Shown in pieces: positions 29,346 to 40,937 of a stretch of DNA of 64,000 nt. This stretch comes from an uncultured Acidobacteriota bacterium (GTDB lineage Bacteria; Acidobacteriota; Blastocatellia; RBC074): contig CAWCKY010000003.1 of assembly GCA_963796275.1 (NCBI GenBank), forward strand, positions 544,001 through 608,000, given 5' to 3'. The notes below the pieces were generated by a model. That model worked only from the letters and a program-made list of their open reading frames with translations. It was not told the DNA's origin and did not search any database. How positions within the stretch are numbered: position 1 is the first letter of the stretch; each line of letters starts with the position of its first letter. The position numbers and the translations under genes were made by a program.

Positions 29346-29981
29346 TTATTTTTTCAGTTCATTGACAAGCGCTACCGCTTCTTTCACCAACTGCCTGACG
29401 CGGTCAAAATCACCGGCATTCAACAGTTCGGGCTTGACCATCCAGCTACCTCCGCAAGCGACGACCTCGCTCAGCGCGAGATACTGGCCGAGGTTATTCT
29501 GATCGATCCCGCCGGTAGGGATGAATCGCACCTGCCTGTAAGGGGCGCAGATAGCTTTGAGAAAACCGACTCCGCCCATGGCCTCCGCGGGAAAGAATTT
29601 CAATACATCGACGCCTCTCGCGAGCGCAATTTCAATCTCGGTCGGCGTGCATACGCCGGGAAAGATCGTTACGTCCTTGGACAGGCAATAATCGACCACT
29701 GCCGGATTCGTCCCCGGAGAGACGATGAACTGTGCGCCCGCATTGATCGCCGTCTCTGCCTGTTCGGTCGTCAAAACCGTTCCCGCGCCCAAAAAGATTT
29801 CAGGGAAACGAGCGCGAATCTCCATCATCGATTCAACTGCGGCAGCCGTGCGGAATGTCACTTCCGCACACGGCAATCCTCCTTCGAGCAGGCTTTCTGC
29901 AAGCGGTAATGCGTGTTCAAGTTTGGGGATGGTGACGACGGGAATAATACCCATTTGCCGCACGCGATCAATAATATCCAC
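29346..29981 (-). CDS. eda: KDPG/KHG aldolase
   Basis: EVTFRT, GAGTVL, LKFFPA, PTGGI. Confidence 0.94.
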   Translation of the reverse strand: MDIIDRVRQMGIIPVVTIPKLEHALPLAESLLEGGLPCAEVTFRTAAAVESMMEIRARFPEIFLGAGTVLTTEQAETAINAGAQFIVSPGTNPAVVDYCLSKDVTIFPGVCTPTEIEIALARGVDVLKFFPAEAMGGVGFLKAICAPYRQVRFIPTGGIDQNNLGQYLALSEVVACGGSWMVKPELLNAGDFDRVRQLVKEAVALVNELKK

Positions 29982-30003
29982 TTTCTGGGACTCCTTGAAA
30001 AAA

Positions 30004-30070
30004 AACAGGGTTTACAGGATTGTCGGGATTTTAAATATCGAATAATCTGGAAAATCCTATAAATCCTGTC
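30004..30070. repeat. inverted 9-mer arrays (ACAGGATTT)/(AAATCCTGT)
   Basis: acagggtttacaggattgtcgggattt ... aatctggaaaatcctataaatcctgt. Confidence 0.65.
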
Positions 30071-30195
30071 GGCATTTTTATTAATGTTTATGGCCTTATC
30101 AAAAAGAGGAGCATCATATGGGATGAGCCTACAGAGACGCAAGCAATCATATTTCATGAATCAGGCATTCAGCTATAATCATCCTGCTTCGTATT

Positions 30196-31149
30196 ATGAC
30201 TTCTATTCAACCATCGAAAATCATCAAACCTCGAGCCCTGCTGGAGGGCGATTCGGTAGCGATCATTGCGCCGGCGAGCAATCTACAAGCGCCCTACCTC
30301 GACCGTGGGACCGCCGAGCTGGCGAAACTGGGTCTTCGGGTTAAATATGACGCCGGCATTCTCTCAAAAGATCGCTACACCGCAGGTACCGATGAACGCA
30401 GGGCTGAGGAGCTGATGAGCGCCTTCGCCGATCCGGAAATTAAAGCCGTCTGGGTGGCGCGCGGCGGCTATGGTGCGATGCGCCTCTTCGACAAGCTCGA
30501 TGAAAAACGATTGAGCGTGACGCCCAAGATATTCATCGGCTACAGCGACATCACCGCGTTGCACCTCTATTTCTATAGCCGATTCAATTGGGTCAGTTTC
30601 CACGGACCGATGGCGGCGAAGGATTTGGCGGGAGGTGAGGAGCACTATGATCGCGAGTCATTGATCAAGATGCTCTGGCAAACATCGCCGCCCGGCGAGA
30701 TCAAAACATCCAGGACCGAGATGCTGCATCGTGGCCCGGGCGGCCGTGTCAGCGGCCGTTTGCTGGGGGGCTGTTTATCACTGATTGCCGCGTTGATGGG
30801 AACTCCCGACCAGCTCGATACGCGCGGCGCCATCCTGTTTCTCGAAGATACGGCGACCAAGCCCTTTGCGATCGACCGAATGTTGCAACAATTGAGGCTG
30901 GCCGGAAAATTCGATGAAGTCCGCGCCATTATTTTTGGCGAGATGATCGATTGCGTACAGCACGCGGATCAAGGCTATCGTATTCAGGATGTATTGGCTG
31001 ACCGCACCAAAGATTTGGGCGTGCCCGTAATGTTCGGGTTACCCAGCGGCCACAGTCCGGTTGGAAATCTCACGCTGCCTCTCGGCGTAATGGCAATTCT
31101 CGACGCCGACCGCGGCGTGTTGAGTATCGATGAAGCGGCGGTTTGTTGA
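30196..31149 (+). CDS. ldcA: LD-carboxypeptidase (S66)
   Basis: [24 protein letters not shown]. Confidence 0.9.
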   Translation: MTSIQPSKIIKPRALLEGDSVAIIAPASNLQAPYLDRGTAELAKLGLRVKYDAGILSKDRYTAGTDERRAEELMSAFADPEIKAVWVARGGYGAMRLFDKLDEKRLSVTPKIFIGYSDITALHLYFYSRFNWVSFHGPMAAKDLAGGEEHYDRESLIKMLWQTSPPGEIKTSRTEMLHRGPGGRVSGRLLGGCLSLIAALMGTPDQLDTRGAILFLEDTATKPFAIDRMLQQLRLAGKFDEVRAIIFGEMIDCVQHADQGYRIQDVLADRTKDLGVPVMFGLPSGHSPVGNLTLPLGVMAILDADRGVLSIDEAAVC

Positions 31150-31230
31150 TTACGGGAATTAGTCGCAAAAAACTTGGAATTGACGCCGTTTCCTTCTTTT
31201 TTGATTATCGTGGCTATTCGTCTTTCGCAA

Positions 31231-32310
31231 TCAGTACCTAATCGTCACACTGAATGATCCGGCATTATCGCGAAAATAATCATCGTTGATACCCAGGAAT
31301 AGGCGGCCATATTCGTTGGCTTCAGTATTCCCGCCTCCGCGTGACCCTACGAATATGTAGTTGGAATCACGGCCGTCGCGATAGCGAATCTTGCCAATCA
31401 GAGCGCCGGCGGCCGAGCCCTCGAGGGGAAGACTGGTGGTGGCCGCGTTGCGATTACCGTCCGCAGTGCTGGAATTACGGTTACCTATCTCGATCTGGCC
31501 TTCGGCGATAAACTCGAATTGCATGTTGGGTACGACGTCGATTCCCGTATCCGTCCAGGGCTGATTGGCGGATACCGTGACGATCTTCTCCCGTTGCCCC
31601 TGGCCTGAAGGCCGTCCCGCACCCGGCTGTCCCGTGTTGGCGACGGCATTACCGCTCGCGCTTCGATCGACCGCGACATTTACGCGGAAAGATCCGCGAG
31701 CATTACGAGTCTCCCAATGATTTATCGTGAAATAGAGCGCTCCATCGCGATCGGCGATGAATTCACGAGATCGGCCGACATAGATGGGCGGCGAGTTTTG
31801 ATCCTGACCGATAGAAGCGATCAGAGCGCCGTCATTTTCCGTAGGCATCGGGGCATTAGGGTCGCGGCTGTCTTTCAAACCATCGGGCCCCGTTGGTGTT
31901 CGACCTTCGAGAAAAATTGATCCGCTGGCACCGACTCGTATCCGGTTCCCGCGCGAGACCACAGCCTGTGAACGTAACCACTGCCCTTCGAGCCTGACCT
32001 CAATCGGCTGGAATAGCTCGGGCTTCCCATTTCCGGGGTCGCTGTCGCGCTGGCTGGTAGGCGCTTCGCGAACGGGGGCGCGCGACGATTCGCCGGCCAG
32101 ATCGCGGTCGCGGCCGATCTCCAGCCGTGTCACTTCGGCGGGGCGAAAGAGCACACGCTTGCCATCGTCCATTTCAAAAATGAATTGGCCGTTTTCGTAA
32201 CCGATGAAAGTGCCTTTGAGCACGCTACCGTTCTTCAAGAACAGAGTATCGGCAACCGCTGCGCTCGCCAGCAATGTAAGCAGAACAGTCGTAGCAATAA
32301 CTCTTCGCAT
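31231..32310 (-). CDS. secreted protein with two PA-IL/LecA-like beta-sandwich domains
   Basis: Signal peptide, [10 protein letters not shown] domain, two units with W.D/S, GALI, G.L...IN(D)....N.GSF.V. Confidence 0.6.
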   Translation of the reverse strand: MRRVIATTVLLTLLASAAVADTLFLKNGSVLKGTFIGYENGQFIFEMDDGKRVLFRPAEVTRLEIGRDRDLAGESSRAPVREAPTSQRDSDPGNGKPELFQPIEVRLEGQWLRSQAVVSRGNRIRVGASGSIFLEGRTPTGPDGLKDSRDPNAPMPTENDGALIASIGQDQNSPPIYVGRSREFIADRDGALYFTINHWETRNARGSFRVNVAVDRSASGNAVANTGQPGAGRPSGQGQREKIVTVSANQPWTDTGIDVVPNMQFEFIAEGQIEIGNRNSSTADGNRNAATTSLPLEGSAAGALIGKIRYRDGRDSNYIFVGSRGGGNTEANEYGRLFLGINDDYFRDNAGSFSVTIRY

Positions 32311-32479
32311 AGCTTTCCAGCTCACCGGAAAATATCGATAAAAGCGGGGTGGAGTATAGCACAATGGTATTTGCATAGAAGAGATCGCACGATTCGCGTT
32401 TGAGTTTCGCATGCTAAAATCATAAACTCGCTATTCGCGATAAAAATCTCGAACTATTTTCAGTATTTTAAGTTTCACA

Positions 32480-33574
32480 ATGAACGAGAGCAAATTTCTC
32501 CAAGGTAAACGCATCGCTCCGGAGCCGATCACCAAAAATACTTCGATCGTCCAGCTCATCGAGAATAATTTCCAAGCGTATAATGCGGCGCGTTTGCGGG
32601 AAGGCGCGCAGCTTTTTGCCGAACGGATGCTGCAAGAGGACGTGACGGTAGGTTTGACGCTGACCGGCGCTTTGACCCCTGCCGGCCTCGGCATTTCGAC
32701 TATCAATCCCTTGATCGAAGCCGGGTTTATCGACTGGATCATAACGACCGGCGCGAACCTTTATCACGACACACATTTCGGCCTCGGGCTTTCTATGCAT
32801 CGCGGGAACCACCAGATGAGCGACGTGGTGTTGCGCGAAGAAGGCGTCGTGCGCATCTACGACATCTTCTTCGACTACGAGGTGCTGCTATCGACCGACG
32901 CATTCTTCCGCGAAATCATCGGCGCGCCGGAGTTTCAGCGCGAAATGTCGACGGCCGAGTTCCATTTCCTCTGCGGTAAATACGTCGCCGAACGTGAACG
33001 AGTGTTGGGACTGGTGAATCAATCACTGCTCGCCGCCGCCTACCGTTGGGGCGTGCCGATCTACACTTCCTCGCCGGGGGACAGTTCCATCGGCATGAAC
33101 GTCGCCGCTATGGAACTGCAGGGCAGTAGGTTGCGGATCAATCCGTCAGCCGACGTCAATGAGACTGCGGCGATCGTGCTGGCGGCCAAGCGGTCAGGGG
33201 GAAAATCGGCGATCTTCATTTGTGGCGGCGGGAGTCCGAAGAATTTCGCCCTGCAGACAGAACCTCAGATTCAGGAAGTGCTCGGCATTGAGGAGAAGGG
33301 GCACGATCTGTTCCTGCAGATTACCGACGCTCGCCCGGACACCGGCGGCCTGAGCGGAGCAACGCCGTCCGAAGCAGTGAGCTGGGGTAAAATCGACCCG
33401 GATCAATTACCGGGGACAGTTGTCTGCTATGTCGATACGACTATCGCGCTGCCGTTGATCGCGGCCTATGCATTTGCCAAGCGCGGACCACGTTCTTTGA
33501 AGCGATTGTACGATCGGCGAGGTGAAATGATGAGCTCGTTGAAGCGCGAATATGATCGTGCAAACCGCAAATAA
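32480..33574 (+). CDS. deoxyhypusine synthase-like protein (homospermidine biosynthesis, SpeY-like)
   Basis: [39 protein letters not shown]. Confidence 0.9.
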   Translation: MNESKFLQGKRIAPEPITKNTSIVQLIENNFQAYNAARLREGAQLFAERMLQEDVTVGLTLTGALTPAGLGISTINPLIEAGFIDWIITTGANLYHDTHFGLGLSMHRGNHQMSDVVLREEGVVRIYDIFFDYEVLLSTDAFFREIIGAPEFQREMSTAEFHFLCGKYVAERERVLGLVNQSLLAAAYRWGVPIYTSSPGDSSIGMNVAAMELQGSRLRINPSADVNETAAIVLAAKRSGGKSAIFICGGGSPKNFALQTEPQIQEVLGIEEKGHDLFLQITDARPDTGGLSGATPSEAVSWGKIDPDQLPGTVVCYVDTTIALPLIAAYAFAKRGPRSLKRLYDRRGEMMSSLKREYDRANRK

Positions 33575-33668
33575 GCGGGAACGAAAACGGACAAAGAAGA
33601 GCAAAGGTGTTCTTAGTTGTTCTCTCTGCTATTTTTTCTTCGCTTTTGTCTCCGCTGCACCTTTAGCT

Positions 33669-34490
33669 ATGAGAAAAAACTCTTCACTCAACGATCTGGA
33701 TCTTAACCAGTGGCGGGAATATTCGGACATAATCACTGACTCGCTCTGGCTGATCCCGGAACGTGACCGAACCGGTGCTCACCTCGCCGATTATCACGGT
33801 AATTTCGTTCCCCAAATTCCCTATCAGGCCATGCGGCGTTATACCAGCCGCGGCGATGTTGTCCTGGATCCATTTCTGGGTTCCGGCACAACTCTCATCG
33901 AGTGTCGGCGTCTCGGACGCCACGGTATCGGCATAGAGCTTAAATCCGAACTTGCTCGACAAGCGGAAGAGCGTATTACGGCGCAAAACAATCCATACGA
34001 CATCACCACACGTGTGCTGACGGGGGACAGTTCTGACCCGGTTATTGCGAAGCCACTGGTCATTGAAGCCATGAACCGGATAGGTATAGAAAAGAGCCAG
34101 CTCCTGATCCTCCATCCGCCTTATCACTCGATTATCAAGTTCTCTGATCTTTCCGAGGACCTGTCCAATTGCGCGAGCGTCGAAATCTTCAGGCAAAAGC
34201 TCGGGCAGGTTCTGGATTTAACCACGCAATTTCTTGAAGATGGACGGTTCCTTGTGCTCGTCATCGGCGATATGTATGCGGAGAGCGAGTGGATACCCCT
34301 GAGTTTTTTCTGCATGCACGAAGCGATGGAACGCGGATATAAGCTGAAGAGCATCGTGGTCAAGGATATGCAGGGGAACCGGGCTAAACGCAACCTGGAG
34401 AACATCTGGCGATATCGCGCACTGGCAGGTGGTTTTTACATTTTCAAGCATGAATACGTGATGTTTTTTCAGAAGACGGGAAAAAAATAA
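33669..34490 (+). CDS. orphan amino-methyltransferase (N4/N6 DNA methylase-like)
   Basis: VLDPFLGSGTT (motif I) precedes HPPY (motif IV); no adjacent endonuclease. Confidence 0.82.
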   Translation: MRKNSSLNDLDLNQWREYSDIITDSLWLIPERDRTGAHLADYHGNFVPQIPYQAMRRYTSRGDVVLDPFLGSGTTLIECRRLGRHGIGIELKSELARQAEERITAQNNPYDITTRVLTGDSSDPVIAKPLVIEAMNRIGIEKSQLLILHPPYHSIIKFSDLSEDLSNCASVEIFRQKLGQVLDLTTQFLEDGRFLVLVIGDMYAESEWIPLSFFCMHEAMERGYKLKSIVVKDMQGNRAKRNLENIWRYRALAGGFYIFKHEYVMFFQKTGKK

Positions 34491-34496
34491 GCTCAG

Positions 34497-36125
34497 ATGG
34501 CTATCCAACCCCCACCCTATCGCGACATTACTCTCGGTGACCTGAGCGCGCAGCTCGCACGGGCGATTCCCGACAATGAGGCGCTCGTTTACCAAGATCG
34601 TAATCTGCGCTTGACTTTTGCCGAGCTGGAAGCTGAGGCGAGATCAGTCGCCCGCGGTTTGATGGCTTGTGGAGTAGAGCGCGGCGAACGTGTGGCGCTG
34701 TGGGCTACCAATGTGCCCGAGTGGGTCGTTCTTCAATTTGCGCTCGCCAAGATCGGGGCGATCCTGGTGACGGTCAACACATCCTTGCGTGCGAACGAGA
34801 TCGATTATCTGCTACGCCAGAGCGAGGCCGCCACGCTCATCACGATACGCGGATTCAGGGATATCGATTACATCGATGTGCTCCGAGAAATCGGAGCAAT
34901 TGGCGGGGCGAATAGCGTGAGGCGAGCGATCTTCGTCAGCCGCGGCGAAGATTGTCCGAGCGGCTTAATGCCTTATGATGAGCTGCATTATCGCGCCGGC
35001 AGCGTGAGCGATGGAGAACTGGCAGCGCGTGAGGCTCAGGTCGGCTTGGACGATTGCATAAATATGCAGTATACGTCCGGCACTACTGGATTTCCGAAGG
35101 GCGTTATGCTTTCGAGCCGCAACATCGTCAATAACGGTTTCTGGCTCGGAGGCGGACTGGGGTATATGCCGGAAGACCGTTTATGTCTATGCGTGCCGCT
35201 CTTTCATTGTTTCGGTTGTGTGATCGGGGTACTCGGCGCCTATACGCACGGCGCATGTCTCTGTCCAATTGAATCCTTCGATGCTCGCAAGGTCTTGGAG
35301 ACCATCGAACGTGAGCGCTGCAGCTCTCTCTACGGCGTGCCGACGATGTTTCTCGCTGAGATGGAAGCCCAGGATTGCACCCGCTTCGATCTCACTTCGC
35401 TGCGCACGGGCGTGATGGCGGGGGCCCTCTGTCCCGAGGCGCTGATGAGACGCGCAATCAATGAGATGAATCTGCGCGAGATCACGATCATCTACGGACT
35501 GACCGAAGCGTCGCCTGGCATCACACAGACGATGCGCGACGACACGATCGAGCATCGCACGCAAACGGTCGGCAAGGTCCTTCCCGAAATGGAAGTGAAG
35601 ATAGTCGATCCGGCCACGAACGAAATGGTCGGACCCGGCGAGCCGGGCGAATTATGCGTGCGCGGATACAACGTGATGCTGGGTTATTACAACAATCCGG
35701 AAGCGACGCGCTCGGCGATCGACGACGCGGGATGGTTGCGGACCGGAGATCAGGCCGCGATGGATGGAGAGGGATATGTGCGCATCACCGGGCGGATCAA
35801 GGACATCATCATTCGCGGAGGAGAGAACATCGCGCCCAAGGAGGTAGAAGACCTGCTCCGGCGGCACAGTGCGGTCTCTGACGCTTATGTTTATGCGGTA
35901 AGCAGCGAATTTTACGGCGAAGAGGTTGCCGCTTCAGTCAGACTGAAATCCGGGATGACTGCAACTGACACCGAGCTGCGCGACTTCTGTAAGGGCGAGC
36001 TCGCCCATTTCAAAATTCCACGGTATGTTCGATTCGTCGATGATTTCCCGATGACAGCCTCTGGCAAGATTCAGAAGTTCAAGTTGCGCGAGATGCACGA
36101 AGCAGAGAGAAACCGCGGACGGTAG
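34497..36125 (+). CDS. AMP-dependent acyl-CoA synthetase
   Basis: [25 protein letters not shown]. Confidence 0.93.
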   Translation: MAIQPPPYRDITLGDLSAQLARAIPDNEALVYQDRNLRLTFAELEAEARSVARGLMACGVERGERVALWATNVPEWVVLQFALAKIGAILVTVNTSLRANEIDYLLRQSEAATLITIRGFRDIDYIDVLREIGAIGGANSVRRAIFVSRGEDCPSGLMPYDELHYRAGSVSDGELAAREAQVGLDDCINMQYTSGTTGFPKGVMLSSRNIVNNGFWLGGGLGYMPEDRLCLCVPLFHCFGCVIGVLGAYTHGACLCPIESFDARKVLETIERERCSSLYGVPTMFLAEMEAQDCTRFDLTSLRTGVMAGALCPEALMRRAINEMNLREITIIYGLTEASPGITQTMRDDTIEHRTQTVGKVLPEMEVKIVDPATNEMVGPGEPGELCVRGYNVMLGYYNNPEATRSAIDDAGWLRTGDQAAMDGEGYVRITGRIKDIIIRGGENIAPKEVEDLLRRHSAVSDAYVYAVSSEFYGEEVAASVRLKSGMTATDTELRDFCKGELAHFKIPRYVRFVDDFPMTASGKIQKFKLREMHEAERNRGR

Positions 36126-36176
36126 CGAGCGAGTTGTGATCAATCAGATTGATGGAGGCTCGCTCGCTAACATAGC

Positions 36177-36420
36177 TGAAGACTGTTCAAATAAAGTTGG
36201 TTATTATCAACAGTTTCTGATTGCTCCGGAGGAGCCCGATGTATATAGCATTTGATTCCCCCAAGTCTCACAAGCTCCGCAGGAGCGACATGTGAATGTC
36301 TGTAGATCGCTCCTGCGGAGCTTGTGAGATGTGGGAGAACGAGTTCTATAAACATCCCGCGCCTCTGGCGCTCAGGACCGATATCGTTGATTCAATGATC
36401 TTTTAGTTGCACACTCTTCA
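36177..36420. mobile_element. MITE-like element with internal REP-type palindrome
   Basis: Imperfect TIRs tgaagactgttcaaataaa / tttagttgcacactcttca, flanked by direct repeat catagc (36171-36176, 36421-36426); internal perfect 23-bp inverted repeat 36266-36288 / 36307-36329. Confidence 0.7.
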
Positions 36421-36434
36421 CATAGCTGATTCAA

Positions 36435-37733
36435 TCAACCTTTCATCGTAACCGCGTGACCGCTTCCCAGGCCATCGAGCTTGAGTTTGAGGTCCCACTT
36501 CTCACCGGACTTGGACATCTTATCCCAGGTTACTTCCTTACCCGAATAAGCCGCCATACGGCCGAGAATGGCAGTCAGCGTGGTTTCGGCGCCCTGCTCG
36601 GTCTGATTTTCAAACTTGCCGCTCTTGATGCTTTCGACCAGGGCTTTCATCTTCGTTCCGACTGCCGCGTGCAGATTGACGGGGCCTTCGTAAAGTTTGA
36701 TGCCCTGTTCTTTGCTGAGCGTGACTTTCGCCGGGCCGCTCTGCAGGGTTTCACTCACGCCCAGGGTGCCGAAGAATCGCTCGCCCTGTTGCCGGTATCC
36801 TTTGTTACGAAACTGGTTCGAGTTGAAGCTGATGTGCACATCTCCCGGATAGACGTATGTGAGAATGAAATGGTCGTTGCACAGGAAGTCGGCTGGGATG
36901 CCTACCACTTCTTTTCGCACAGCCCGGCCACCGAGTCCCACCGCTTTCACCGGATGCGATTTCAATGCCCAGTTAATGATGTCGATGATGTGAATGTTCT
37001 GCTCGACCAGAATATCGCCGGAGAGAGCTTTATCGAATACCCAATTGCGGACGCGCGCTTCCAGCTCCGGCATCCCGTCCTTGTTACGGCGATCGAGATC
37101 GTTGGTGTAATAAAAAGTTTGACCCAGCGCTATCTCGCCGATATCGCCCGCGTGAATCTTTTCGATCACAGTCCGGTAGCCTTCGTCGTAACGTTTTTGG
37201 AAACCTACGTGAATGCTCACTTTGCCTTTGGCCTGGTTCCCCGCTTTGATTACCCGCAGGCAACCGCTGACATCGGTCGCGACAGGCTTTTCGAGATAAA
37301 CGTGTTTGCCGGCGGCTACTGCCGCTTCGAGGTGATCGGGATGGAAGTATGGAGGGCTGGTGATGAGAACCAAATCTACATCTTTCGATTGCAAGAGGTT
37401 CTCATAGCTGCGCCATCCTTTGAAGATGTTGCCCGAAGGTATCTTCGCATAACTTTTCTCTTCCGCGATTTTGTCGAAATGCGAACGCGTGGATTCCAGA
37501 CGATCATCGAACAAATCCATTAAAGCGGTAATACGCACATCTGTATTCTGGATGAACTGCCCGCCATCGTAATTCCCCCGTTCGCCGCAGCCGATGATGC
37601 CCAGCCCGAGTGATGAATTGGCAGAAGAGCCAAACGCCGTCGCTGACGGTACGATCAGCAATCCGGCGCCCGCCGCCACACCGGCCTTGACGAAGTCGCG
37701 TCGCGATCGAGGTTTTTCAAGTTTGTTTCTCAT
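36435..37733 (-). CDS. Tat-exported Gfo/Idh/MocA oxidoreductase
   Basis: SRRDFVK Tat motif, GIIGCGERG, EKP, EQNIH.ID. Confidence 0.92.
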   Translation of the reverse strand: MRNKLEKPRSRRDFVKAGVAAGAGLLIVPSATAFGSSANSSLGLGIIGCGERGNYDGGQFIQNTDVRITALMDLFDDRLESTRSHFDKIAEEKSYAKIPSGNIFKGWRSYENLLQSKDVDLVLITSPPYFHPDHLEAAVAAGKHVYLEKPVATDVSGCLRVIKAGNQAKGKVSIHVGFQKRYDEGYRTVIEKIHAGDIGEIALGQTFYYTNDLDRRNKDGMPELEARVRNWVFDKALSGDILVEQNIHIIDIINWALKSHPVKAVGLGGRAVRKEVVGIPADFLCNDHFILTYVYPGDVHISFNSNQFRNKGYRQQGERFFGTLGVSETLQSGPAKVTLSKEQGIKLYEGPVNLHAAVGTKMKALVESIKSGKFENQTEQGAETTLTAILGRMAAYSGKEVTWDKMSKSGEKWDLKLKLDGLGSGHAVTMKG

Positions 37734-37875
37734 TGCAGTCTCCTCCGGGTAATTTAGTTATAGCGGTTTTCAAATATGAAGAGATTCGCCGCCCAATAAA
37801 ATAGCACAAAAAACACGTAAGGAAGTTTGTGTCTTCGATGCGAATTTTTAGGATTTTAGTGGCGAATCCGATTTA

Positions 37876-39555
37876 TCACCAGCCAATCGCGCATCCGTCC
37901 TTCCGCGGATCCGAGCCGCCGAACAGCGCTCCTGTTTGGGGATCGATCATGATCCCCTGATAGCCGCCGAACATGCCAGGCGACGTGATAGTTTTATGTC
38001 CTTTTTGGGCGAGCGCGCTGCGAGCTTCTTCACTGATAGCCGTTTCGAGCGCCAGGCCGCTCTCGAAATGGCGGAAACGCGGTGCCTCGCCCGCGCGCTG
38101 CACATCCATCCCGAAATCGATGATATTGAGCAGAACCTGCACATGGCCCTGTGTCTGCATATCACCTCCCATGACGCCGAACGCCAACCATGGGTTACCG
38201 TTTTGAAAGACCATCGCCGGAACGAGCGTGTGGAATGGGCGCTTGTTGCCTTCCAGACGGTTCGGGTGATTCGGATCGAAAGAGAATCCCGCGCCGCGGT
38301 TATGCAGCACGATGCCCGTGTCGCCGGCAACCAGACCCGAGCCGAACGCGCTGAAGATGCTCTGGATGAGCGAGACCGCATTCCGGTCTTTGTCGACCAC
38401 CGTCAGAAAAACCGTATCCTCCCCGCCGCGCGGGCCCGAGGCAGTCTGCTCGGTGACGTGATTCTGGTCGATGCGCTTGCGTAATTCTGCGGCATAACCT
38501 TTCGAGAGTATCTTATCGATGGGGGCTTGATAGAAAGCCGGATCGGCTATATGACGCGCGCGGTCAATAAATGCGAGCTTTTTTGCTTCGGCTAGCAGAT
38601 GCAGATATTCGGGAGTGTTGTGGCCGAGCGAATGAAGATCGAAGCCTTCCAGAATATTGAGCCAGATGAGCGCAGTCAGCCCTTGAGTATTCGGCGGCAG
38701 TTCGTAGATCGTCTTTCCGCGATAAGTCGTGCTGATCGGATCGATCCAATTCGAGGTGTGATTGGCGAAATCCTTCCGCGTGTGAAGCCCGCCCTTTCCT
38801 TCGGCGAACTTGACGATCTTCTCGGCAATCTCGCCGTGATAGAAGACTTCGGTGCCTCCCGCTGCGATCTTTTTGAGCGTGCTCGCCAAATTCTTATTCG
38901 AGAATAGTTCGCCTGCGAGAAGGGCCTTGCCGCCGGGCAAGAACGTCTTGGCGAAGTCTGGCTCGCCTTTATGGTTCATTCCCTCCTGCCAGTCGTGCGC
39001 GATGACGTCGGTGACGGGATATCCGCGCTCTGCATATTCAATGGCGGGCTGGAGCACTTGTGCGAGCTTCATCGTGCCGTAACGTTCGAGCAGCTTCGCC
39101 CAACCGTCGACCGCGCCGGGTATGGTGACCGCATGAACGCCTGTTTGCGGCATGCTATCGAAGCCGCGTTTTTTCAGATCATCGATGCTTGCCGCGAGTG
39201 GTGCGCGGCCGCTGGCGTTGAGCGCTTTCAATTCTTTTTTCTTGGCATTCCAGACGAGAGCGAAGAGGTCGCCTCCGGGGCTGACCATCATGGGCTCGAC
39301 CACACATAGCACAGCGGCGGCCGTCACGGCGGCGTCAATCGCATTGCCGCCCTGTTGCAGAACCCGAAGTCCGGCCGCGGAGGCCAGCGGTTGGCTCGTC
39401 GCGATCATTCCATTCATGGCGCGAACGGCGGACCGCGTCCTGCCTCCGCTCGCGCTCGGTTTGTCGCCTACCGGTTGTTGGGATGCGACAGGTAGTATTG
39501 ATGAGAGGATCATTGATATCACGAAAATTGTAGCAGCATGTTTTTTGTGGATCAT
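37876..39555 (-). CDS. ggt: gamma-glutamyltransferase
   Basis: GGNAIDAA, GGDLF, catalytic Thr (DTVFL), FGSG, GVMGG, DPRKDG. Confidence 0.95.
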   Translation of the reverse strand: MIHKKHAATIFVISMILSSILPVASQQPVGDKPSASGGRTRSAVRAMNGMIATSQPLASAAGLRVLQQGGNAIDAAVTAAAVLCVVEPMMVSPGGDLFALVWNAKKKELKALNASGRAPLAASIDDLKKRGFDSMPQTGVHAVTIPGAVDGWAKLLERYGTMKLAQVLQPAIEYAERGYPVTDVIAHDWQEGMNHKGEPDFAKTFLPGGKALLAGELFSNKNLASTLKKIAAGGTEVFYHGEIAEKIVKFAEGKGGLHTRKDFANHTSNWIDPISTTYRGKTIYELPPNTQGLTALIWLNILEGFDLHSLGHNTPEYLHLLAEAKKLAFIDRARHIADPAFYQAPIDKILSKGYAAELRKRIDQNHVTEQTASGPRGGEDTVFLTVVDKDRNAVSLIQSIFSAFGSGLVAGDTGIVLHNRGAGFSFDPNHPNRLEGNKRPFHTLVPAMVFQNGNPWLAFGVMGGDMQTQGHVQVLLNIIDFGMDVQRAGEAPRFRHFESGLALETAISEEARSALAQKGHKTITSPGMFGGYQGIMIDPQTGALFGGSDPRKDGCAIGW

Positions 39556-40772
39556 AGAGGTTTCTTGTCGATTTTTGCGGGCGACGGCTTCGCGCCGCCG
39601 GCTTCTAGTCTATTGGCGACTTTTTCGACATCCGACATAGTTCGCAACAAGTTTTCTCCGAGTACTTTCTTCACGTCATTTTCCGAATAGCCGCGTTTGA
39701 GCAGCTCGAAGGTTATCGTAGGAAGCTTGGAAACGTCCTCCATCCCAGCCGGCAATAGGCCGTCTACACCGTCGAAATCCGACCCGATGCCGACGTGATC
39801 GATGCCGGCGACTTTTATAATATGTTCGAAATGCTGCATGAGCATGGCGAGCGTCGCGGTCTGTGCGACCTTGGTCGGCCCTGGCATCCCCGTTTTGGCA
39901 TATTCCGTGTTGATGAATCCGTTGTAAAAATTGACCATCACGACGCCGCCTTTTTTTGCCATCGCTTTCAGCATATCGTCGGTCAGGTTGCGCGAGACAT
40001 TGGTCAACGCCCGGGATGATGAATGTGACGCGATGAGAGGTGCCTGGCTGACCTCGATACAATCCCAGAATGTCTCGTCAGAAACGTGGGATATATCGAC
40101 CATCATCCCCAGTCGATTCATCTCGCGCACGACCTCTTTGCCGAAGCCGCTCAGCCCCCCGTGACGTTTTTCCGCCGGAGCCGATATACCGCCTGCAGAG
40201 TCTGCCCAGTTGTTCGTATTTGTATGTGTGAGCGTCATGTACCGCACGCCGAGCCCATAAAATTGGCGCAACGCCGGTAAGCTGTCTTCAATCGCGTGAC
40301 CGCCCTCGATGCCCATAAGCGCGGCGATCTTTCCCGATTTATGGATTCGTCGTATGTCGGCCACAGTATATGCCATCTCCAGGGACTCGGGGTAGCGCCG
40401 GACCTGCTCGTTGACACCATCGATCATTTTGCGTGCGCGCTGTGCCGACCCGCCGCCACGCGCGTATTTTGCCGCAACATAGATAGAGAAGAAGACCGCG
40501 TCAAGCCCGCCGTCCTTCATTCGCGGTATATCCGTTTGCGTTTTTCCGCTTTTATCGCGGGCCCCCATATCGAAACCATCATCGGCTATGGGCGAGGTGA
40601 TATCGTTATGCGTATCTACGACAATTGCAGCCCGGTGCAGCCGCGTCGAGACTTCGCGCAAGTTTTTATCATCATTCGAGAGCTGTGCGACGTTCGACTT
40701 ATTCAATAGTACCGAAAGCGAAATAATCCCGGCTGGAAGCAGGAGTAATGGCAATAGTTGCCGATAGAGCAT
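39552..40772 (-). CDS. membrane dipeptidase (M19)
   Basis: DTHND, EGGH, DISH, ASHS, GSDFDG. Confidence 0.93.
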   Translation of the reverse strand: MLYRQLLPLLLLPAGIISLSVLLNKSNVAQLSNDDKNLREVSTRLHRAAIVVDTHNDITSPIADDGFDMGARDKSGKTQTDIPRMKDGGLDAVFFSIYVAAKYARGGGSAQRARKMIDGVNEQVRRYPESLEMAYTVADIRRIHKSGKIAALMGIEGGHAIEDSLPALRQFYGLGVRYMTLTHTNTNNWADSAGGISAPAEKRHGGLSGFGKEVVREMNRLGMMVDISHVSDETFWDCIEVSQAPLIASHSSSRALTNVSRNLTDDMLKAMAKKGGVVMVNFYNGFINTEYAKTGMPGPTKVAQTATLAMLMQHFEHIIKVAGIDHVGIGSDFDGVDGLLPAGMEDVSKLPTITFELLKRGYSENDVKKVLGENLLRTMSDVEKVANRLEAGGAKPSPAKIDKKPL

Positions 40773-40937
40773 GAGCCGTCCTTTCCGAATGGTTCGGGGG
40801 ATTTAAGATTTGTAAAACTTTTCGAGATGCGAGGTTATTTTGTTACCCCGATCTGAATTAAGCAAGATGATTTGTGAGCCAATCATGCTAGAATTAAGCG
40901 AGCTGCCCGTTCCATCAAAAACGTCTAAAAGTAAAAT

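Noticed and set aside
36456-37523. 355-aa + strand ORF
   Set aside because: Antisense shadow of the Gfo/Idh/MocA gene with no motifs
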